From a virus, in IMG/VR virus record IMGVR_UViG_3300021088_000001, positions 1 to 64,000 of that record: 64,000 nt of DNA; one strand, given 5' to 3'. Position numbers and translations under genes: made by a program. Within the stretch, counting starts at the first letter, position 1. The number at the start of each line of letters is the position of its first letter. Shown one piece after another: positions 54,746 through 64,000 of the stretch. The notes under the pieces were generated by a model, which saw only the letters and a list, made by a program, of their open reading frames with translations, was not told the origin of the DNA and ran no database searches.

Positions 54746-55230
54746 TTTACTATCTCCTTAGCTAAATTTAACAAACGTTTATCTGCTCTAGTAAGAACTT
54801 CAAGCAGCTTTATTTTTTCTTCCAAATATATTACTGCAAATTTCGGGTCGTGTCTACAAATACTTGATGTATTACTTATCAAATCTGCACATTTAATTGT
54901 TTGGATATGTGCTGGAGCTTCTGATAATCTCGCACAAGCTGCAGCCTTCCTTTGTGCCCGATTACCTACTTCCATATCCGATAGCCACCAAACACCTTTA
55001 GCAACAGTGAAACCGAAATGTGCCAATAGGACATCATATTGCACACCTTGATCCTCCATGCAGTCATGTAGCCACGCTGTCGCTATACATTGTTCACACT
55101 CAGACACACTGGCTGTGATAGCAGCCACTTCTGCTAGATGTGTAATGTAAGGCTCTCCTGTGTATTTTCTAACTTGGTTTTTATGTTTATCTCGTGCAAA
55201 CATCATTGCATTATATACTATATCACTCAT
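54742..55230 (-). CDS. SpoT/Mesh1-like HD hydrolase (small alarmone hydrolase-like)
   Basis: H..Q.RK..G.PYI.H..V, A.LHD..ED, IK.AD.I.N. Confidence 0.88.
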   Translation of the reverse strand: MSDIVYNAMMFARDKHKNQVRKYTGEPYITHLAEVAAITASVSECEQCIATAWLHDCMEDQGVQYDVLLAHFGFTVAKGVWWLSDMEVGNRAQRKAAACARLSEAPAHIQTIKCADLISNTSSICRHDPKFAVIYLEEKIKLLEVLTRADKRLLNLAKEIVK

Positions 55231-55519
55231 TTGTCTACCCGCCAACCAATATACCATCCACCACCCTTATCATGATTTAAACACATACTAAATGTGTTAT
55301 TAGCTTCAGCTTCCTGAGCATTCACACAAGCATCCATCCAATATCCATTTACGAATTTTGCATAATATACAATAGTGTTAAATCCTTGTATCTGGTACAC
55401 GCTATTGTACAGTGGCTTGATTGCAAATGAAGTCCAATTGAAGCCTGCGGGACCGTTTAGGGCACGTTCTGCTTCAGAGGGGTTGGTCCAATCTGTGATC
55501 TTCAACATTTCGCTTCCTC

Positions 55520-55972
55520 CTAGTAATAGAAAAGATGACGCCCAACTCTCTTGCAAAATTTCAAATGCCACTTAGGATGAACATATACAGCATGAAAGCT
55601 GCTACATCCCTCCACAACAGGCTCCATATTAATCAACATTTCTAACTCTGTCAACTGTTCAATTGTAACACGAAGCTTTGTGTGTTTAGTGAACCCGCTA
55701 AATTGAAAGGGTTCCTTTAGCACTTGGCATGCTGTCATATTTCTTTGTCTCATGCGTGTTAGAATTACGTCGATTATTGCTCTTTTGCCCTTCACAGGTT
55801 CTCCTCCTGCTTCAGATTTCACAGTCCAAGCAATGCATATTGCATCTTCGGACATCGGTAGCCCACCCTCCACAATTCCTTGTGGAAATGTAATAATTTC
55901 TGGCAGGCTTTCTGAAGCTAGGCAAATTGATGCTAGTGACAATAGGAAGCCTATCAGAAGGTTTTTAATCAT
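55520..55972 (-). CDS. cell wall hydrolase (SleB/Hydrolase_2-like) with signal peptide
   Basis: C.A..V..EA.GE...G..A..V..R, QFS, FH...V.P.W, G.H.FY. Confidence 0.82.
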   Translation of the reverse strand: MIKNLLIGFLLSLASICLASESLPEIITFPQGIVEGGLPMSEDAICIAWTVKSEAGGEPVKGKRAIIDVILTRMRQRNMTACQVLKEPFQFSGFTKHTKLRVTIEQLTELEMLINMEPVVEGCSSFHAVYVHPKWHLKFCKRVGRHLFYY

Positions 55973-57246
55973 GCAGCATCTTCTCGGTCTAGACTTTCGC
56001 AAATTCCTTCCATCACTTTGAAGAAATAACTCTTACTCTTCAGAAAATATGGAGTGTGCTTGCCAGTATCAATCCGCAGGATAACTCCCTCACTAGGATG
56101 ACTACCATCAATCACATCATCTCCAAGCGTCTCAGAACGCTCTGTGAGGCCATCAACAAGCTTCTGCAAGCTCTCTGTATCACCGTCATAAACAATAGCA
56201 GGATGCACCTCTACAGGCCCTAGAATCTGCCTATCAGCGCACCATTGATCAAGCTGCTTCTGTGTGAAGTCTATATTAACACCATTCACATCTGCCTGAG
56301 TGATACGGTATACATGGAAGCGGTATTCATGCTCTTTGCAGCCATATTTGTAGATAATACTCTCTCCATATTTCTTCTGGAAAGCTTTATCTTTTGTAGC
56401 CTTAGCAGAGTGAACAGCCATAATTGGCTTACCATTAGCATAGCCTGCAATCTCACCATAGACTGTCATACCATTTACCATATGTGGTTTCAGCATCTCG
56501 GCTACATCAAAGCGAAATTGCTCACTTCCGTGAAATCCATCTTTCTTCTCTGTTAGCACTGTGTTGCGTGTACCAACAACATGTGTGTACTCTGTGTTAG
56601 GAAATACATTTGCAAACTTATTCACAACCTGCTTCCACTTAGGTAGTTCTATATTTGTCAGTGTCAATCCTGAGCGATGACTTGTACCATGAACTTTAGC
56701 ATGGAAGTGAATCAAAGCACCTTTAGGAATCAATCCTACATTGTGCTTGAATTGATCACTATCTACATGCTTAGCAAACAATGGTGTCACAGACACTTTA
56801 GCTTGCTTAGGACGATTTTGTCGCGCAATACTATCTCGTGTTGCTTGGCTAATGTATTTGCAGCAGATTGGAAACTCATTCACTGTGTCAAATGTCTCTC
56901 CAAGAGTTCGATAACCATCACGTCCTGTATAGAACAAGCTAGACAATGGTGCAAAATACCCTTGGCTCTTCACCTTCAAGAATGGCTGCACTCGTACACG
57001 CCGATTCTCGTCAAAGAATCCAGATTTTGTTGTATCAGAATTCAATTCACTCCGACGAAAAAGATTATTCTGTTTGCAATACTCTTCAGAGAGTTGTGTA
57101 TCTGCGGGGAAGAACACACCAATGTATCCTACTCCTGTGTCTTTGCTAACGATAACATTCTCACCAAGCACAACAGCTACGTGAATCTTGTCTGCTCCCG
57201 GAATAGGAGTGACAGAAGTGATTGCTGCAATAATTGCTTTACTCAT
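55969..57246 (-). CDS. ATP-dependent RNA ligase with N-terminal OB-fold (DRB0094/Rnl2-like)
   Basis: PIPGADKI, motif I KVHGTS, YGEI.G, EGV.LR, K.KS..F. Confidence 0.85.
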   Translation of the reverse strand: MSKAIIAAITSVTPIPGADKIHVAVVLGENVIVSKDTGVGYIGVFFPADTQLSEEYCKQNNLFRRSELNSDTTKSGFFDENRRVRVQPFLKVKSQGYFAPLSSLFYTGRDGYRTLGETFDTVNEFPICCKYISQATRDSIARQNRPKQAKVSVTPLFAKHVDSDQFKHNVGLIPKGALIHFHAKVHGTSHRSGLTLTNIELPKWKQVVNKFANVFPNTEYTHVVGTRNTVLTEKKDGFHGSEQFRFDVAEMLKPHMVNGMTVYGEIAGYANGKPIMAVHSAKATKDKAFQKKYGESIIYKYGCKEHEYRFHVYRITQADVNGVNIDFTQKQLDQWCADRQILGPVEVHPAIVYDGDTESLQKLVDGLTERSETLGDDVIDGSHPSEGVILRIDTGKHTPYFLKSKSYFFKVMEGICESLDREDAA

Positions 57247-57712
57247 AGTTAATCCCTATACCCGGCCTCAAGCCGACGAATTTTATGTTTCAGATTATAA
57301 ATTGTGGCGATATCATACTCGTTGCTATTACGTGATACACGAAAAGAAATACCATTGAATGCGCAATCTAGAAATTCAACGCGCAGTATGCCACAGTGAT
57401 TCTTAGCACGCTCAACTATATCATGGATAGTTCCACCAGCAGTCTCAGTTATCTCCATAACTTACCTTTCCGGTTTCAAAGAGAATTTGGCATACTCTTA
57501 TATGTCTTGAAATGCGCTCACTAGAGTCTTCATCTTGATGGTAAATATTAGTAGCTCGCGTCTGTGTGTTCCAATTATACTCCCATACCATTGTTTCTGA
57601 AAATCTACCACCATCTATGCAAGACGATTCTCTATCAATCGTACTAACAAAGAAACAACGGTCATTGTGCCATACATAACTTTTAATTAAGTCCTTGTCT
57701 GGCATGTAGTAT

Positions 57713-58264
57713 TCACTCATCAAATTGTCCCTCAACAAGTGTTACTTCCATCTTCATACAAGATACACGATTCTCATCTTTCCAAATATCTGCAGCTTCA
57801 CGAGTGGGATGTAATTCTCCTGCAACAAGTTTTCCAGCATGTTTACACACGTTTACATATCGTGCCACGGTAGTTGCTTTCTCTGGCACATTCTGGAGAT
57901 CAAGTGGATGTAGCACATTATGCCCTACATAATAACCATCTGTAGTGTAACTAGTTAAGTTTTCATGATCGCTAACATACCCTACAACTGGATAATTTCC
58001 ACGCGCACAAGAACTAAACAATTCAAATGGATTTCCAGACTTAGTTTGGAGAGGTTTTGACCAATCAATAGCCTGTGGCTCTTCTACAAGCTGGAATCGT
58101 GATGCAAGAATTTCTACAGTATCATACACAACAATATAATCTTCTTCCTTGCCATCACATTTGAATACTCTTTCAAGTACCGTGTAAATCTCATTTTCTG
58201 TCAGTGCGCTCCAACTCGGAGCATCTACGCATTTCACTCTGTCCCCAATTTTAAATTTAGACAT
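57713..58264 (-). CDS. hypothetical two-domain protein
   Basis: FKIGDRVKCV and IDW.KP..T..G domains; RBS AAGGAG. Confidence 0.65.
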   Translation of the reverse strand: MSKFKIGDRVKCVDAPSWSALTENEIYTVLERVFKCDGKEEDYIVVYDTVEILASRFQLVEEPQAIDWSKPLQTKSGNPFELFSSCARGNYPVVGYVSDHENLTSYTTDGYYVGHNVLHPLDLQNVPEKATTVARYVNVCKHAGKLVAGELHPTREAADIWKDENRVSCMKMEVTLVEGQFDE

Positions 58265-58286
58265 ATTCCTCTCCTTAGAGTTATCC

Positions 58287-58658
58287 TTAAAGTTGTTTCT
58301 CAATAGCAGTAGCAATCTTCTTGAATGATACGCCGCTGTCATTATGGTTATACAGTGTGTCAAATGTACCTTCGAGCTTTACGCTAGCATCTCCTGACAA
58401 TCCGGCCCATTTATACACTTCTTCAGGAGGAAGCTGCTCTTCTCCACCATACTCAAAGTTATAATCTCCAGACAGACATTCATCTTGCACGACATTATTC
58501 TGCTTACTGGCAAACTCTGGATGATGCTTAGCATGAATATTACAAAGCACTCCGAGGCAACAGAATTTGTTATCACTACTCCGCAAGACACATCGCCCTT
58601 GTTTATACTTTCCACTGCGCAATTCAGCAACCCACTCAGCTTTGATTTTTGCATACAT
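58287..58658 (-). CDS. hypothetical protein
   Basis: WV..LRSG.Y.QG...L....FCCLGVLC...ND.G.SF..IA; own promoter TTGACA-17-TATAAT at 58718-58690. Confidence 0.75.
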   Translation of the reverse strand: MYAKIKAEWVAELRSGKYKQGRCVLRSSDNKFCCLGVLCNIHAKHHPEFASKQNNVVQDECLSGDYNFEYGGEEQLPPEEVYKWAGLSGDASVKLEGTFDTLYNHNDSGVSFKKIATAIEKQL

Positions 58659-59612
58659 TTTAGTTCTCCTAATTCGTTAATATGAAGCGATTATAGATTA
58701 GATTTTATGTAGTGTCAAGAGATTTCAATCTCCACCTTGTCAAAAGCCTTCTGTGGAGTGGCCACAAATGGTCCTGTCACTGTGCCCTCGAAACCTCTAA
58801 TATTTAAATTACACCCAACTCCTAATGGCATATCTGCTGAAAATGTTCCTACAACATCTTGCCCATTTTTAAATACAATTTCGATATCTCCCTTACAAAC
58901 GTGAAGAATACTGATGCTGTCCCATTCTCTCGTATTCATTCCACATACTCCAGTGCTTCCTCAAGGGCTTCCATAAATTTCTCTGGGTCTAGATATTCAA
59001 TACATTTTTCAGCAGTTTCTGCCGATCCAAATCTTACATCTGTTACAACTAGCGTGGTCATAAAAGAGCGTCTAATTGCATATAGCATTGCTGCTAGAAA
59101 TTCTTGTTTTGTCATTTCAGTTTTCCTTCCTTTTTAAGATTTTCTATATCAGCAGCTATAAATGCAAATGGTAGGCATGTTACTCCAAAAAAGATAATAG
59201 CAAATAACCACGGAGAATAATTTATAATAGCAATAATTCCATAAAAAGCACCAATTACTCCAAAGAATATAATCAGAAACCATTTAATAATAATCATCAC
59301 AGCACCCCAAATATACGTTTAAAACTTTCCCACAAGCTAGGCTTGAAATAGCCATAAGGAATCTCACTCATTCGTTTGCTACTGTTAATTGGAGTGCAAG
59401 CAAAGCGGATACCTTTACTTTGAAGTTTATCCATTCGATTATTGAAAGCGTGGTCAGTCATATTTATCTTCCTTTTGTGAGTTTTTAATATTCTAGGTTC
59501 AATTCCTTGACTTCTAGGGCTTATAATGAACATTTTGTATTTCCTTTTCATTTAGAAAGCATGCTTATTTATTTAGAAAGAGAGCCTAGTTTAGATTATT
59601 TTAGATTTCTTG

Positions 59613-59969
59613 TCAATACTCTAGAGCTTCGTAATGCAAAATAAGTTTATCAACAAGTTTTAGACGTTCTTTCTGTATTCTAACAGGCGTAGCACTTAGT
59701 GGCACTTTACCACTACTGCGTAGATATACAGCGTAGTCATCATATTTTCCAAGATGTCCCTTGACTAGATCTACCAGTTCATCTTTCACATCTATATATC
59801 CTATCATACAACTATCTGAATATTTGGAGTGGTATTTGCATATAGCAGATCTAATGGCGAAACAAATATATTCTTCGTAAGTCTCGTCCCAGTCATCACT
59901 GTCAACGCCATCCCACAACATTATTCTTACACAGTGCAGCACATCTAGATGCTTTTTATAATCACTCAT
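59613..59969 (-). CDS. hypothetical protein, tandem paralogue B
   Basis: L.DG...EEYICFA...R..L...LI..YE. Confidence 0.7.
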   Translation of the reverse strand: MSDYKKHLDVLHCVRIMLWDGVDSDDWDETYEEYICFAIRSAICKYHSKYSDSCMIGYIDVKDELVDLVKGHLGKYDDYAVYLRSSGKVPLSATPVRIQKERLKLVDKLILHYEALEY

Positions 59970-60321
59970 TTTCCATATCCTCATAATAGTCAATCAGGGC
60001 TTCAATAAGCATCCAGCGTTGGCATTGGACTTCATAAAAGTTATAGTCAGGTCCGAGGTTTAAAATTCGTTTACTAATAAGAAGGTCATCATAATATGCA
60101 TATGCTTTCAACACACTTTTAATCTTATTCTCTATCTTGAATGAAGCTTCATAGACCTCAAGAGAATTAATATGTGTTAAAGAACGTGTAATCATATCTG
60201 TTGCTTTAGTCACTGCAAAGCAAACATACTCTTCTTTAGATTTATCTTCAAGACTGCCATCTGCTAATAGCTCTTTTGCTGTCTCAAGTATCTCTCTGTA
60301 TACTGAATAACTCTTCTTCAT
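59962..60321 (-). CDS. hypothetical protein, tandem paralogue A
   Basis: L.DG...EEYVCFA...R..L...LI..YE; RBS AAGGAGG. Confidence 0.7.
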   Translation of the reverse strand: MKKSYSVYREILETAKELLADGSLEDKSKEEYVCFAVTKATDMITRSLTHINSLEVYEASFKIENKIKSVLKAYAYYDDLLISKRILNLGPDYNFYEVQCQRWMLIEALIDYYEDMENE

Positions 60322-61367
60322 ATCGCCCTCCTTAAATTAGTAGCCCTAATTATTTCATATATTTTTGTAATTGTAAAGTGTTTTATTAGGATATATGTAA
60401 TTTGTAAAATATACTTTACATTATGTAGCTTGAAATTTTAACCCCTTTCAAATTTGAACAAGAAAAGTACCCAAAAATATAATTTCATAATTCTCTTAGC
60501 CAACCCGGTACGCAAAGTCATTTTCATTTCTGGTCTACCCTATCTAGGTAGAGTGACAACATTCTTTAAAGAAAGATTACCAGAATAAAACATTTCTGGA
60601 TTACAAGATTGCTTCCAGATAACACTATCGGTTTCTGGTTTCAATAGGAAATTCCTATCGTAGCTGGCGAGCATTGGCATAAGGTAACTCCCTTCGGTAG
60701 TTCTTTCATTTTGGCAATAGTGGGTTATACCTACAATTTTGTAGGTATATTATAAAGTAAGCGCGCAGGGGGTACGCTCGGTCGCTTTGCTCCGTGAAAG
60801 AATAATAGCTTAGCTAGTGAACTAAGTCAACATGTATTTTGTGGAAGTTTTACAACAGAAAGTCATTTAGCCATAGCTCGGCGCTCGCGAGACGAAGCCC
60901 GTATTGCAAGAGTAGGAGATAGTGCGAAGGCTGTCAAGCGTTATTTACTGCACAGCGAATAACATACTTTTGCATAGTAACTACATGCATGTTATCGTGC
61001 ACTATATAGACTAACCTCCGGCATAAAATTAACATTTGTGAATTTGTACCGAAATACAGCTTGCATTCTGTCTGAAAGTGTTCTATCATTCCCTTACTCG
61101 CTCCACGGAGTGAATAGAAACAAGCAGACAAGTAAGCTAGTAAGACATGGAAGCCGTCTTTTAATTCACGTTACGGGCCTAGCTGAAAGAATGAATGTTT
61201 CGAGAGCAGTTTGTTAGCATATGCACTATCATTGAAGCTTGCATAGAGTCGTCAACAAATAGGTACTATTATGTGAATCTTGAGAGGTGGCAACCTAAAG
61301 TTGCGAACATGATGCTGTTGCCCGATCAGCGCAGAAAACGGGTATCTTTTTCTAATTGGAGTTAATT
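60322..61367. other. ~1 kb divergent non-coding region (possible genome-end, origin or early control region)
   Basis: Transcription direction switches here; palindromes TATACCTACAA/TTGTAGGTATA, ATAGGAA/TTCCTAT, TCTACC/GGTAGA; promoter TTGCAT-17-TATCAT at 61061-61089. Confidence 0.55.
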
Positions 61368-61550
61368 ATGCAAACACACGGCTTGACTCACTATCTTGTA
61401 AAATGGGAGATTGATGTATGGGCATATGACCCAACTAGCGCGGCAATTGAGGCTCTTCAGATTCAACGTGATGCAGACTCAAGCGCTACAGTATTTGAAG
61501 TAGTGACAGGTAACACAAGTGTCGCTGTTGATTTGGAGGGCTATGTATAA
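61368..61550 (+). CDS. first early-region hypothetical protein
   Basis: RBS GGAG; V.WEID..A..P..AA..A..QRD..S.ATVF.V. Confidence 0.7.
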   Translation: MQTHGLTHYLVKWEIDVWAYDPTSAAIEALQIQRDADSSATVFEVVTGNTSVAVDLEGYV

Positions 61551-61727
61551 ACTTCGATTCCTAAATGGCCTATGGCGCGTGCTATCTGTCACAAGTGACA
61601 GGATTCAATTTTCTAGTGCTAGTCGAAAGACGGCAAGAGAATGGCTAGATGCTAATGAGCCATTACCAATGACTGCGCATGATATTCTTAACAAAGAAAT
61701 TGGTTATAATATTTGGAGTAAGCCTGT

Positions 61728-62105
61728 ATGAAAATCATTTGTTCGGCGTTTAGAGAAAAATGTAATTCTAGTGCAAATGCCTTGTGCACAGCTGATTTGA
61801 TTCAGTTATTCGCCGATGAATACCAAGCGAGTGTTGAACTGTGTATTGGGCATTATTGTGGGAAGAAAGAAATTTCACTGATTATCACAAATCTAACTGA
61901 AGTTAGATTATCTTGCGCAGCCAAGGAAATTTGCAAGAAATTTCATCAAGAATATTGCTATTGCGAAGTCAATGGAGATAGCTATATTTATTGGGCAGAT
62001 AAAGAGATTGTGCAAGGGCTCGGCAAAGAATATATAGGCCCCGATAACGGTTATCAAGGCAACAGAACAGAGCTACTAGACGGCAGAATTATTTATTGCG
62101 CATAG
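61728..62105 (+). CDS. S-adenosylmethionine lyase (T3 SAMase-like)
   Basis: SAFR.......N, G.Y....E.S, A...C..F.Q, G..T...GR pattern matching T3 gp0.3 as recalled; early-region location. Confidence 0.7.
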   Translation: MKIICSAFREKCNSSANALCTADLIQLFADEYQASVELCIGHYCGKKEISLIITNLTEVRLSCAAKEICKKFHQEYCYCEVNGDSYIYWADKEIVQGLGKEYIGPDNGYQGNRTELLDGRIIYCA

Positions 62106-62107
62106 GC

Positions 62108-62136
62108 TTGACAAGGAATAGTCAATAGCCTATATT
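62108..62136 (+). promoter_or_regulatory. sigma70-like promoter
   Basis: TTGACA-17-TATATT. Confidence 0.65.
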
Positions 62137-63450
62137 GAAGCATCACAACACACTTTGAAAGAATCGAATGTTCTCACTCTTTAATAACCTAGCACCCTAT
62201 GTTGTCAGGAATGACCAATTCTCTAAACAGCATCATTGCTGGACATACCAGAGTGCCCTAGAATGGCTTAAATGCTACGATAGCACTGTTTTCGGGCAAA
62301 CGTGCATACACACATCTAATGGCGAACTAATCGCCTCTAAGGAGCATTAAATGAGCTTGAGTGATGAAATCAGGTATGATGCAGAGCGTGTTAAGATTTC
62401 TACAATTGGTGTTGAAAATATGTCTGATGATGTTTTCAAAGTGCTATGTAGCTATAAGGCTCTAGGTTTAAATGTCAAAGAATATCTGTGTGAGATGACA
62501 CTAAGTCAATTGCAACTACTCATGCTCTTTGTTGCAGAAGCTGAAGAGTCATGCTAATCCACGCAATGCCAAATTTCATTGACTTCGCCTCTGCAATGCG
62601 CTATTATGCAGCTATGGGATTTACAAAGGATGATGTGCAGAATAAAATCATCCTGCGAGAAATCTACATTGGCAAGCCTTCAATGCCGAAAGACGGATTC
62701 ATTACGTTAAACAAAGCTGGACAATATGAGGTGTGTTATAATGAAGCATGACAAAGATAATGACATTTCCATTAGCATCAAGGGAAATTCTGTGCAAAGT
62801 AACTCTGGTGCAATTCAGTCAGAGCGCCGGATTGTGAAACTTAGGAAAGAGCGGGAATATACAGAAAGCCAAGGGAAGAGATGGAAACGTACAGATAAGC
62901 GTCAACAATTTAATGAGGATGAATAACATGACAATTGCAGATGTGAGAGATGCTTTTAGCGAGTGGTATTTTAAGCGATATCATGTTGCGCCAGATTTGA
63001 CAGACACAAAGGATAAAAGCTTGTATGCAGCATATTTAGCTGGATGCTCATTGATTATCAATAACATTGACAAGATTGGAGCATAGTATGATAGAATGCA
63101 TTTGGCTAGTGTTTGTTATTTGCACAGCGCAATTGTTGTATGCGTTAAATATCTTGCGGACAAGTAAGGTAGGGCCATTTGAATGGGAAGCTGTGCGAGA
63201 TGCATTAGCAATTTCACAAATTGCATTTCCATTGTTTATTGTTTCACTTCTTTCATTAGTGATTTATTACATTTGGGGTTAAAATGTTGCATAAGAATTT
63301 CAAAGTGTTTGTTCCGGCTGATGTACGTGAGAAATTACATGCATTAGCTGAATTAGGAATTGATTTTATTAATGATGCAGCCCGTGAGAAGTTGGCTAGC
63401 GCAGAGGATGTGCATGTTATCGTGAGAAATACGCCAAGGATTTATATTGC

Positions 63451-63479
63451 TTGACAATTAGTGTAGATGATTTTATGCT
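63451..63479 (+). promoter_or_regulatory. sigma70-like promoter
   Basis: TTGACA-17-TATGCT; -35 contains the TGA stop of an unlisted ORF 63284..63454. Confidence 0.65.
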
Positions 63480-63523
63480 TATGTCTAATCAAGAAATTAT
63501 TGACAATGTTACATTGAAAAGGA

Positions 63524-63955
63524 ATGTGTGAAATGTCTAACCAAATTAGCAATACAGATGATGTGATTGATAGCCGCGATGTTATTCGGCGGATAGAGGA
63601 GCTTGAAGAGGAGTTGACAGCTTTGCAAGGTGTATATGACGATACAGATTCCAGAGAAGCCCAAACTGATGTCGAAACATGGTTAAATGATAACAATGAA
63701 GAGTTGCAAACATTAAAGGCTCTTGCTGAAGAGTGCAAAGGCTATGGCGATTGGGAACACGGAGAAACATTGATACATCGTGATTATTTTGTCAAGTATA
63801 TCGAGGAACTTATTGATGATTGTTATAGACTACCTAAGCAAGATGGATGGCCTTATTACCATTTGATAATGGATTATGAAGCTGCTGCTAGGGAAGCTGA
63901 GCAGGGTTATAATTGTGTGGAGTTTGATGGACAGGAATACTTGATTAGGGCTTAG
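63524..63955 (+). CDS. acidic ArdA-like (antirestriction DNA-mimic-like) protein
   Basis: Very acidic; C-terminal Y.EELI.D.Y.LP....YY..DYEAAAR resembles the ArdA C-terminal domain. Confidence 0.5.
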   Translation: MCEMSNQISNTDDVIDSRDVIRRIEELEEELTALQGVYDDTDSREAQTDVETWLNDNNEELQTLKALAEECKGYGDWEHGETLIHRDYFVKYIEELIDDCYRLPKQDGWPYYHLIMDYEAAAREAEQGYNCVEFDGQEYLIRA

Positions 63956-64000
63956 GACTCGAATACAAGCTCTAGGCTGCGTTAATTCAGGTGAGTTGAT

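Noticed and set aside
62176-62188. boxA-like antitermination site CTCTTTAATAA
   Set aside because: Lies within a plausible coding sequence and has no accompanying boxB; could be chance in AT-rich DNA.
1-64000. CRISPR array or cas genes
   Set aside because: No regularly spaced identical repeats and no Cas motifs seen; the 5.9-6.4 kb hairpins are unrelated in sequence.

Overview
64 kb of an AT-rich tailed dsDNA phage with a siphovirus-type tail. An Rz/embedded Rz1 spanin pair and a GH19 endolysin indicate a Gram-negative host. No repressor or tyrosine integrase is visible. Layout: (1-1.1 kb) end of a displaced virion-appendage module; (1.1-4.8 kb) serine recombinase, small genes and a papain-like protease/DUF4214-like fusion; (4.8-7.9 kb) terS and terL separated by a ~1.2 kb RNA-rich transcript containing a three-way-junction RNA, a hammerhead ribozyme candidate, an atypical tRNA-Gly, a pseudo-tRNA and a hairpin array; (8-26 kb) head and tail genes; (26-28.4 kb) lysis cassette; (28.6-29.7 kb) a stand-alone glycine-zipper/coiled-coil gene; (29.8-60.3 kb, minus strand) replication, nucleotide metabolism and accessory genes; (60.3-61.4 kb) divergent non-coding region; (61.4-64 kb) early genes with a T3-like SAM lyase and an ArdA-like protein. 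The minus-strand arm includes a class II RNR whose catalytic Cys codon is split by a 223-nt ORF-less group I intron, a naturally split family-A DNA polymerase, primase-helicase, ThyX, RNA ligase, three tRNAs and three RMF-like proteins. The best candidates for an undescribed system are (a) a coupled module of a Pol-beta-type nucleotidyltransferase and two small paralogues that both end in W-x-x-S-x-x-x-C-stop, and (b) the ribozyme/tRNA-like RNA operon inside the terminase locus. All family calls come from motif recognition by eye; no searches were run.
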